Assembly (NCBI GenBank): GCA_026770705.1
Contig: JANJGN010000007.1
Coordinates: 96,472,001-96,536,000, forward strand
Origin: Isurus oxyrinchus
Taxonomy: Eukaryota
Direction of reading: 5' to 3'
Length of the DNA stretch: 64,000 nt
A program made the position numbers and the translations under genes. The notes beneath the pieces were generated by a model. The model did no database searches. It saw only the letters and a list, made by a program, of their open reading frames with translations, and was not told the origin of the DNA. Position 1 is the first letter of the stretch, and each line of letters begins with the position of its first letter. Shown here piece by piece: positions 12,301 to 22,438 of the stretch.

Positions 12301-13945
12301 CACTCCAGATGCACTCAGGAGGTCGTGTACCCTCCTCAATCCCCACCAACACTTTGGCACTTATGGAACTCTCTGGTGAAAAGGTCATGCCTTTTCCCAG
12401 CAGTAGAGTTTGGCTGGCTCCTGTATCTGTCACTTTCACTACAGCCTTACTCGCCTCACCCTGGGAAAAAATGGCCAATGTGGCCACCCTTCCTTTGGAT
12501 CCAAAGTCCTTGCCACTCTCAGGGATTTGTTCAACCTCATCTGCACTCTCAGGAGTGCCTCTATAGGGATTTGCAGCCGCAGTCAGAGCCATAGTCTAGT
12601 CTGCAATGGTCTCTGACTGACCCCCATTCTCTACATGTATGTGCTTTGATTAATCCCAATGGTTTTTCCCAAAACCTCCAGCAGTTGGCCCAGACCCTAC
12701 ATTTCAGCAGTTAAAACACAGGCTTCTAGGCCTCACCTTTCATCTCAGCACAACCCTTTCTGTCCCGAAGAGGGCCCCCAGCAGTTCCCTCTATCTCATG
12801 GGTGCTCACATTCCTATCACTCTCTCCACCTCTATCCTTTCGAGTTGGTTGGGGGTGACTAGGGGAGGGTCTCTTCTGGAACAAGGGTTTGTGGATCAGC
12901 TCATAATCATCAGCCAGTATGGCAATCTGCCTGCCCCCTGTTATCCTCTGATCCTCCAGGTGTGTTCTTATTGGAAAGGGTATGGAGTTCTTAAACTCCT
13001 CAAAGAGAATTATTTCACTGAGATTTTTTTAAGTGGCTTCTGTTTTAAGTGCCTGCACATGCTGGTCAAAATCAAGTTGCTTAAGCCTTTCAAATTCCAG
13101 GTACATCTGGTCAGACCTTTTCCTGAGGGTAGGGAATTTCTGATGAGATGCCTCTGGCAATAACTGGTATGCACTTAAAACAGCCCTTTTTACTGCCTCA
13201 TAGTCAGTGACACTTTTCTCAGGCAATAGGGAGTAAATTAGATGAGTTTTCCCTGAAGGTTTACTCTGCCATAGCAGGGACAGATGTTGGACTGGCCACT
13301 TTAACTGATATGCTAACCCCACGAAAGTGATAAAGAAGGCATCTACCTCTGCTTCATCAAACTTCCAGATCAAATGAACAAACTTGATTGCCTGAGACCT
13401 TAAGTCTGAGCTGGTGGTGTCTTCAGGGGACACAATAAGCTTCCTTGCCCCTAGCTCAACTATTTTAATTTAATCCCCTTTCCTTCTCTCTGTCCTGAAA
13501 TTCACTCCCTTCTTTCCATGTCCTTTCCTGTCTTTCATCTTTCTCTTTTCCTTTCTTTTTATCATTCCTGAAATTCTAATTTCTGCTGCTCAAATTTTAA
13601 TCTTTCTCCTGCTACTCCATCCATTTCATTGACCATAATTGGCCATTGGCCACCCCTTTTAAAATTTTGGCAATATTCTAACCCTAAATCATTTAACTGT
13701 GCACAGGACAGAACTTTTAAATCCTCAAAAGTATCTTCCCCTAATTATCCCCGAAAAGCACTGGCATCAAATGTCGACATTTCTACACATTCATATTCTC
13801 TCTTTACCAGCATAACACAGTCACAAAAGTATTTTTGCTGTTTTTAGAAATTGGTTTCAAAGGAACAATTTACTTTCTCTACTCTAATCCTTTTGTTTAC
13901 TCTGTGGGAACAATTCCGGTACTGAACCCTTAATTTGTTACGACC
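9311..13945 (-). mobile_element. Decayed Gmr1-like Gypsy LTR retrotransposon (SCAN-like gag, protease, RT, RNaseH, 3' LTR)
   Basis: gag FDEAEVDAFF...KWP...DYEAVKRAVLSAYQLLPE (13029-13433); protease DTGASQTLL (12140-12592); RT PKPDGFTRFCIDYR...KIDLLNGYWHIPL (11566-11802); RNaseH YSAVEEEMLSLLLALKHFEKYV (10939-11151). PPT-like gtggggaag|TGTCA at about 10744; probable LTR about 9311-10744. Confidence 0.8.
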
Positions 13946-14494
13946 AGTCCCCGGGTGACTTCCTATAGGGCTCTGTAAGAATGCAAAATACATTATATGA
14001 AAACAAGTTAATTCTTTACTTGCTCTGAGCCAATTCATCCAAAAGGTGAATTCAAACAAATTGCTTGACAAATAGAAGAATTTAAGAGAGGAAGTGAGGA
14101 GCAAAGTTATGCTGGTAAAGAGAGAATATGAAAATAGCATGGCAGTTAACATCAAAGTGCTCCCAACAATCTTCTACCATGTAAATCTCAAGCAGCTAGG
14201 AAGAGTTGATGTGGGGCTGATGAGGGACAAAGTGGGTTATGCATGTGTAAGACAATAATATATAATGATTATGTTTCATTGGTGTTTATCGAGGAAGAGA
14301 ATGTTGCAAACTATTGGCAGAAATGAAAATGAGAAGATAATGAATGGTGTGAAAATTAATAGGTGGGATGTACTGGAAAGGTTGGCTTTGTTTCCAGTAG
14401 ACTCATCACCTGGTTCCTGATGGCTTACAGCTTAAACTGCAGGAGCAAGTTCTCCAGTCTGGCCAACTGCCAGCCCATCAGTCTACTCTCATCT

Positions 14495-14790
14495 TTCTTT
14501 CTTTATGTCATGGCATGTAGGCATTGCTGACATTTGTTGCTCATGCCTAATTGCATTTGAACTGAGTAGCTTCTCAGCCCATTTGAGAGGGCAGTTAAGA
14601 GTTAACCACATTGCTGTGGGTTTGGAGTCACATGTAGGCCAGAGCAGGTAAGGAGTGCAGATTTCCTTCCCTAAAGGACATTAGTGGACCAGATGGGTTT
14701 TTATAAACTGATGACAGTTGCCAAGGCGACCATCACTAAAACTGTTTCTATTCCAGATTTATTGATTGAATTGAATTAATTGAAAATGTT
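14495..14790 (-). mobile_element. tRNA-derived SINE sharing its 3' tail with LINE-B
   Basis: Reverse complement of the aaacccatctgg...cctttagggaaggaaatctgc...ccacagcaatg core also present at 43878-44100. Confidence 0.7.
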
Positions 14791-15399
14791 TCTATGCACA
14801 GCAAGGTCGAAAAAAAAACAGAACAAATAATTTAGATAATGGACAAAAAAAAATCAGTGGATTGATGAACCAGAACTGTTTTAAAACACCGATTATGAGC
14901 AGAATTCACTGCCCGAAAGGCGGCACAATCGACTTCAATCGTGAATTTGGAAAAGGAAACATTTGCAGAACGAAGGTGCAAAAGCAGAGCAGTGTCAATA
15001 ATTGGATAGCTTTTTTGAAAGTGCTGACACCCGCATGATGGGCCGAATGGTCTTCTCCTGTGTTGTATGATTCTCCTGAGTTCCCAGCTGTGGAGAGTGC
15101 TTTCCCTCCCCTCGTAATTCTGTGAGAGATCCAATTGAGCTTTCAGCCTATCCTACAACTACTTGCAGAACTGACGGATCTGCAGATGTGGCCGCGGGAT
15201 CCGTGGGAAGGTATCTTGGCAAACAGCTCCGACGCGGAAAATTGGTGGAAATAAATCTTATCACAGACATTTTAGGTAAACTAAAGTTTTGTCACGTTGA
15301 GAAATGACTGCGGAACCAGGACAAATTAATATCCAGAAAAAAGAGCCTGATCTGTGAGCTATTACTTAGAACCGCACTGGGCTCGGAGCAAGTAAATAA

Positions 15400-15775
15400 G
15401 TAACTTGTATTAAGATATAATGTATTTTATATTCTTACGGCGTCCCATAGTCTGTGTGGCTGAATAAGTAGGTTTGAAGTATGTCAACTGTTGTAATGTA
15501 GGGACAGCAGAAGACAATTAGATTAATGATCAACTACTTTGTGAGCTTTTTCTGTAAATGGCCAAGACATCGGTAGAACGCCATTGCTCTTCCGAGTATC
15601 TTGGACATTTTAAGTCCACGTGAAAGGGAAGACAGAGCCGCCATTTGAGCGTCTCCGCCAGTACAGCGCTCCGACAGTAATGATCTGGAGCGTCAGCCCG
15701 GATTATGTAATATCTCTGGAGGGGGACTTGAACCCCAAACCTTGTGGCACAGGCGGAAGTGTTATCAATCATCCA
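15400..15775 (-). mobile_element. DeuSINE-like (SacSINE1/AmnSINE1-type) element
   Basis: Minus strand shows a tRNA-like head (ggttcaagtccccctccagag), a Deu-domain-like core and an L2-like tail (ctacattacaacagttgacatacttcaaa). Assigned from recalled consensus. Confidence 0.6.
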
Positions 15776-16599
15776 AGTCTTAAGTGTGAAATAAATAAAT
15801 TTAGCCAGTGAGACACAGTCCTGTTATGAACCTGAGTTTGGATTGTGTCCCACATTAAGAGAGAAAGGGATTGAAGGATATACAGTTAGGGTTCGATAAA
15901 GTAAACTGGGATCAGGTTGGTGGAGAGCATTACAATCGACATTAACCAATTAAACCGTGAGGCCGACTCTTCATGTACAGCATATTCCATGTAAAAGTCA
16001 AATCTAGGCCACATTAATTGCTGGTTATCCAACATATCAAATGGAAACACCCGCTATAGTCGCGCAAACAGTATCATTTGTTTAATGGAAGCGTTGGTCG
16101 AGCAGCTAATTCGAAATGATCAAACGGATGTGTTATTCGACACATCGACAAATAGTTACCATGCAGGGTTGCGCACGCAATTCTCAGGCTTCAAGCATAT
16201 TGTACTAAGAGGTTAATTGTTAGGACACTTGCTCTTCGATAGCACACATGCCACCTTTTCTATTTATATAATTGGTTGCAATGGGACTAAGTCTATAATG
16301 ACCGGTTTAAATAGTTTGAAAAGTCAAGACTGTTCATAAGCTTGCAGCCACAGCAGATATGTAAACATAAATTCGTTTTTTAAAAATTGTGAAACAGTAT
16401 TTATTCGCCAATAGCCCCTTGTAAGCATCTATTCCGCATTTATCTTGCTAAGAGGAAACCTTGCTGTAATGCCTTTCTCGAATTATTTGTCATTTATGCT
16501 AACAGCTTACATTAATACAGCGCATTTAATATTAAAAAATGTTCCATTAGACTTCACAGGGAGGTATTCAAAATGATCTGAGGAAGACAATGAGGTGTA

Positions 16600-16990
16600 A
16601 TGTTGATTGTGGGCGCTAGTATTCAACCGAACAGTCGAGGTCAACCGTCCTTTACATATCTCTCAGGATGGAGGTGAAGACCATAGAGAGACACACGGGT
16701 GAGAGCGGCCAGCTCTTTGATTCACATCTCACTCGGTTTCCATTCCCATTGAGCTCAACATTGAGCTTCAGTCATTAAACGTTTCTTCCAGGGCGCGCTC
16801 CCACTTTATTCACTTGTTCCTCTGATCTGATTTTATTTCTTTCTCCTGCCCTTTTATTCTGATGCTGTTTAAAAGTTGCTCATTGTTTCTCTACTACTGA
16901 CGGAGTTTTATGACCAAAACGGTAACTCATTCGATATCTCGCTCGCTGTTGATGCTGGCCTTCCTGCATTTTCTGGATTTTTCTTTCTGA
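16600..16990 (+). mobile_element. Old Penelope 3' remnant just upstream of the receptor gene
   Basis: ctcaacattgagcttcag and ctgacggag...gaccaaaacggtaac...gatgctggcc resemble the Penelope ends at 58480-58980. Confidence 0.4.
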
Positions 16991-17381
16991 GATATGAGTT
17001 CACAGCATTATCGTGATTGGTCCGAGAGATGTCGCTGCCCAGTGCCCGTGAGTAACTCCCTATCTGGTTTAATCAACATTTTTAAGCGGTGGTCATTGAC
17101 CATCACGTAAAGAAGTTAAACTCCAAACTTCCTATTCCCAGAGAATATTTTCTGTCACAATTAACCTGCGCACAGGGTCTCGCTGTGACCTGGATTTGAA
17201 GGAACAGTAATAACATTCTGAGCACTTCAAGGTGACGCAGAGCGCTCAGCTCCTGGCATGCAGTTTGCATAATAGAACTCATTCATTGGCTCTGCCATTT
17301 CAGGCGGATGACTTCGGTTTACAAGCTACTGCCAGAGCTGTGTGCTTCCTCGCAATAAGCGGTGACTGTGTTTCCTTCAAC

Positions 17382-17436
17382 ATGTTTGTCGCGGATGTGC
17401 TTCAACTCATATGCGTGCTGGGGATCACCTGCGCAG
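17382..17436 (+). CDS. Exon 1: signal peptide MFVADVLQLICVLGITCA(G)
   Basis: caacATG start, hydrophobic 18 aa, CAG|GTAT donor, phase 1. Confidence 0.85.
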
Positions 17437-20400
17437 GTATTTTCTATTGTTTCTTTTCCCGCTCTCACTCTCCTCTCTCACCGTCTATTATTTTCCTCGC
17501 GCATTTCAGCTTCGTGTCTTATGTATCTTTCTGTTTTCTGCTAGTTATTATTCGAGCTCAGTTCCAAGTCTCCCAAGCTCCTAAAAGTACGAGCGCCCTC
17601 GTAGGCTCAAACGTCACCGTCTATTGCACTTTCCCTATTTTTCAAGATAACTCAGAAGTGGAAGTTTATTGGTGGAAACTTGGTGAAAGTGAATTTCTGC
17701 AAATGAGCTCCGACAATAGGAACATATTTGTCCTTTTTAAACAAGGAGGAGCCTCCTTTCATCTCCTGAATATCAGTGCCCGGGATTCCGGGGTGTATTA
17801 CTGCGGAGTCAAAACGCTGGAGAGCAGCATAGTCAATGGAACGGGCTCAACAATCAAAGTATCTGGTAAGTGATACTGGGGGAGGAAAGCAAACTCACAC
17901 ATCCGATGCTTTAAAATAATTATAGCTGCTGAATATTAGCTCAAAGATATACCAGGGCAACTGTTCAACTGCGCAGAATTCACTCTCCATTAGAAATTAT
18001 GCTACATATTCTTTCCATTGAAGTTAATTTAAGGGAAAATCGGCCATGGAATATTATGGGAGTTTAAGTTCAAAATAATTACAATAAATACTTATATTTA
18101 CCTCTCGTTGTGGAAACATCCGGTTACGTGTGATCATAACGCGTCGCTCATTCTGGACACCAGTGTTAACACAAATGCGGCAGGTTGAAAATCTGTCCCC
18201 CATTTCAAAATGAACAGATTCATCATGCCTATGATATTTTTTAATAAGTGGAATGTTTGTCTAATATCCGGACTAGCCATTAGCAGCTGATTATTATTGT
18301 TTCTTTTTAAAATACCGATATTATCCTTAGTTGCGTTGCATATGATTTGTTAAAATTGTTTTTTTTTGTTTCTTTCACACATCAAGAACATGAAGCGTAA
18401 ATTTTAAAATATTTTACAGTGCGAACTGGTCGGACAAATGTATTGTGTACTCTCTAAGTACAGATTAATGTCCTTTCCATTTTATTCTGCTCCGCTGCTG
18501 CTCTGCGTTGGCACAATAAAAGGTGAAATTAAAATAATTACAATGGTGTTAATTTATTTTGTTGATTGTTTGAAACAATGTGAATTCGCGTGGTCAAACA
18601 AAAAAACTATTTGGCCCGGCACGAAATAAAAAACGAAATAATCTTCTGTTGAAGGGTCACGAGGACTCGAAATGTCAACTGTGCTCTTCTCCGCCGATGC
18701 TGCCAGACTTGCTGAGTTTTTCCAGGTATTTCTGTTTCTGTTTTTGTTTTGAATCTTTAACATACCTTCTGTTGAACACCTAAATTTAAACTATTTACCC
18801 TCTCAAAATGTACAACTGCTCCACATTGTAAAAGCTGATACTTCTCTCCCAACACCACTAATCTGTAACCAACAACAGAAAAACAGGTGAAATTGGATAG
18901 CCTGCGATCAGCTCCTGCGACAATGCACCCGTCCCGCAATCAGACACAAATGTTCACCTAAACCCACCTGAGATTGGGCTCAATAACATCTGTAGGTAAC
19001 TATTGGATTGACAGGGATAGCTATCTCCACACATGAGGGTAACGTCTGTTGTCAGTTCCCAATCTGAAAAAAAAGCGATCCGCTCTGTAGCAAAGGCTCT
19101 GACTATTTTCACAATATTTCAAAGCTATAGAAAGTATTTCTGCGGTCACGCGTTATCTCCTTATTTGACCAAGTATTTAGAGTTTCATACAGGAACGTAT
19201 TTGCTTTTTTGCAATCCAACACGTTCACTATTTTACTGCGATAATATCTGGCTATTTTATACTCGTTAGTGTTTGCTGTTTTATGCTGTGACAGATTGAC
19301 AATATGCGGCAACATATTGGAGAATTGGTACTGGAACAAATTAGTTATTCAATTCTGAAACATATTATTTTGCAATGCATCATATTCGTTACTTTGCACT
19401 GTGGAATGTTTCTTAGTTTATAATTCAACACATTCTCTACTTAACCCAGCAATGTATTTGCTATTTTACGTGCAATATATATGTTGTTTTATAAGGCATT
19501 AAATTTACTGTTGCCTTTTGAAACATGTTTGCGATTTAAAGAAACACATTTTCATGTTTATTTTGCAACAATTTAATATTTTATATGGTTAAAGTATTTA
19601 TTATATCATCCTGTAGCATTTTTACCATTTTAGACTAACATGTTGTGCAATGCCACAAACCAGTTAGTAATTCATGTTGCACCACACTTACTGTTTCATT
19701 CTGAAACATATTTATTATTTAATACTGACAGTTCATTTTATATCATATTATAATGCTGAATATATGAGATGTATACCGTAACGTAGATGGAAAGTGTTAA
19801 CAGCTGCCTTTAAAGTGTAGGATATTTAACACGTCATATAAAACATTTGCTATTAATATTGTAACAGGTTTGTTATTTCTTCAGGTTATACAGAAGGGAA
19901 GTGTATGGAAACATTGATTATGGTTTATAAAGAAACAAAATGCCGATTTTGAAAATTGTAACAGAATTGTTCCCAATCTGTCAAAATATACTAATATGAT
20001 ATACTAGTTAAATTTGAACAGTCATTTATGACAATTCATACTGATATGATTTTATGATGTGTAGTTAAAATTCTTCGAAGGTAAACTTCACATGAACAGA
20101 ATTATCTTGTTTTTATGTAATGAGTAAAATATCGCAGTGATTATTCAATCCTATTTAAGGGCCCGAATAAAGTGAAGACAATTTGTGCGCTCAGCAACAA
20201 AATAACCCAAATTCTCGATCTTACCTGATTGTTTTTTTTTTCTTCTTACAGTTCCCCCAACTCCACTGCGGATTTTTGGCAAGGTACCTGAACCAAACTC
20301 CTCTGGTCTGAATCTTGTGTGCGAAACGGATGAGTTTTACCCGGAGGCGCTCAATCTCACTTGGTGCAAAAATGGGATTGAGATTATAACCGACATAGGG

Positions 20401-21072
20401 ACGAGCAAAACGTTGAAAATAGACGGTCTGTATGAAGTTTCCAGTTTGTTGACGGAGACACAGCCCGTCCAGAGGGGAAGTGTTTATACTTGTCAAGTGT
20501 CTCACGTCACCCTCCCGGTTCCAGCTAATGTGACCGTTGTGATTTCACAAACAATCAGAGGTAACTGGGCTTTTACACTCGAGTACAGCGTCAATGGGAA
20601 GTGAATTAGTTCAGAATTAGTTATTTAATCTGGATGTATGGTCCCTCAGCAAAAAAAGTCAATCTGATACTGCCAGCCTATGTTAGTCTGATTGTTCGGT
20701 ATTTTAACCCGGTTAACGTACTGATATTGTCCAAATAACAGATGTCGTGTCATATCTACTCTCTAATGTAGCAGGACATAACATAATTTCATAAACACTT
20801 TGAACTAAACACCTTTTTAAAAGAAACTTCAAAATCTCGCTACTGCATTGTTCGAAAGCAGAACTCGGGATCCAATGGAGTAGAGTTTATATTTAGCAGC
20901 CTGGAATAAATCTCGCGTTTCAGCTCGGCCACCCGTTAATATATCAGTCCGACTTTAATTTCTATTTGTATGTTTCCTAGTTCCTTTTAATAGATCAGTT
21001 ATGGTTGTTCGGTTTGTGACGAGCATATTGGTCCTTTTGATGTTGACAATAATCGTTGTGGATTATTTTTAG
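17382..21072 (+). CDS. Non-rearranging VJ-C1 Ig-superfamily activating receptor (NKp30/NCR3-like V, C1, Arg-containing TM); join(17382..17436,17545..17865,20252..20560,20981..21072), 258 aa
   Basis: Four exons, all GT-AG phase-1 junctions, 777 nt open to TAG. Leader, V-set, C1-set and TM motifs are all present, with 7 N-glycosylation sequons (NVT, NIS, NGT, NSS, NLT, NVT, NRS). Confidence 0.88.
17545..17865 (+). CDS. Exon 2: germline-joined VJ-type Ig domain
   Basis: Acceptor ttttctgctag|. Motifs FQVSQAP, VYCTF, VYWWK, DSGVYYC and a J-like NGTGSTIKVS. Donor G|GTAAGT. 321 nt. Confidence 0.93.
18640..18752 (+). mobile_element. Penelope 3' terminal fragment with hammerhead-like motif, in intron 2
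   Basis: ctgttgaagggtcacgaggactcgaaatgtcaact...gatgctgccagacttgctgagtttttccagg matches 58890-58985. Confidence 0.75.
20252..20560 (+). CDS. Exon 3: Ig C1-set domain
   Basis: Acceptor ttttttcttcttacag|. Motifs VPPTP...LVCETDEFYPEALNLTWCKNG...DGLYEVSSLL...YTCQVSH. Donor AG|GTAACT. 309 nt. Confidence 0.93.
20981..21072 (+). CDS. Exon 4: transmembrane segment VPFNRSVMVVRFVTSILVLLMLTIIVVDYF* (exon continues to the donor after 21085)
   Basis: Acceptor tgtttcctag|. Hydrophobic run with Arg (21010-12) and Asp (21061-63). TAG at 21070-72. AAG|GTAAGA donor at 21086. Confidence 0.85.
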
Positions 21073-21534
21073 TTCGATTTGAAAGGTAAGACATTCATTT
21101 CTTACTGATGGGCGATAGTTTAAGGACAGAGCAGAGACCGAGCAGAAGCAGTAAATGACGATTAGTTATTTCTGTGATGCTCAGAGCAGCACGTCTGCTT
21201 CTCTGGACCCAAGCACATCATTCAACATTGGACTTGAGTGGGTCTTTATGGCCTGGAAATGAGCAGACTACTTCTGGCCTAAAATGGCAATGAGGATTCG
21301 AGGGGTCCCTTTTTCTATTCGGTCGCATTGCGATTAGCCCTTTCCAAAATTAATGTGGTCTGTTTGTCATCGGAATTGGGTGATATGGCCAGAGACCCCA
21401 TAATAAGGCCCTGCCCGTCAACATCTGAAAACGGAAGTGATACTTGACTTCACTTTCTACTCTGCATATGAACTCAGATAATTACTTTTTTTTACATTAA
21501 GTTACTAACTATATATATTATGCAATTGATCAAC

Positions 21535-21980
21535 ATAGAACATATAGGAGCATAGGACTTAGCAAGCTTAGGCAATTTTGGTCATTGGGGCCGGCTCCAC
21601 CATTCAGTTAGATCATGGCTGATCTGGTTGTGGTCTCAACTCCACTTTCCCGTCTGCCCCCATAACCCTCGACTCCCTTGTCTGCCAAAAATCTATCCAC
21701 CTCAGCCTTGGATAAATTGAATGATCCAGTTTCCAGTGTTTTCTGAGGAAGTGAATTCTGTAGACTATGGACCCTCTGAAAGAAAAAAAAACTAATCTCT
21801 GATTTACTCATTTATTTCTAAACGGTATCCCCTAGTTCCAGTCTATCCCACAAGAGAAAACAACTTCCCGTTATCCACCCTATCAAATCCCCTCAGGATC
21901 TTCCGTATTTCAAGGAGATCATTCTCATTCTTCTAAACTTAAGCGGGCTAAGGCCCAACCTGTGCAACCTTTCTGAATCA
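21535..21980 (-). mobile_element. CR1 LINE 3' end in the last intron
   Basis: acatagaacat tail repeat and typical CR1 3' UTR; ORF FFFQRVHSLQNSLPQK. Confidence 0.75.
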
Positions 21981-22438
21981 GATTTAAACAGCACTTTACT
22001 GGTGGTTGAAGTATGTTAATACATTGGATTCAATTTTATATTGAGTGAGCTAATCTGTTTTGCCCGGTCATGAACATGTTATTAATAGACAACCACTTAT
22101 CTAATTGTCACACAGGGGATAGATATCCTTCTAGTATTGTTTAGCATTTTAAAATATCAAACAAAGCAAACTCTATCATCTATAGTGGCTTTATGCTTCT
22201 GATCTGTCTAAACTAACATTCAGGGTATTTGATATGCCATTTTTAGTCGCTTTGTTGTCTATTTACTGTTGTAAAACTTTACATGTTAGAAATCCGAGTC
22301 TTTCCCTCACACATGAATAACTATAATGATCCCATTCAAAATTCAGACAAAATCTTTTAGCGTCCGAGATACTCTTTCAACCAGTTGTCAGGGATTTGCA
22401 TCATGAAGTTGAAATCCTGCTGGTTTCCTATTTCTCAG

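Noticed and set aside
17232-17873. 213-aa ORF as a single-exon gene
   Set aside because: It starts at a GTG and is an in-frame fusion of 5' sequence, leader exon, intron 1 and V exon. Splice signals and the paralog leader support the ATG at 17382.
17545-20251. Rearranging Ig/TCR locus (RSS, D or J segments)
   Set aside because: The V exon already includes its G strand and ends at a splice donor. I saw no heptamer-spacer-nonamer or separate J segments.
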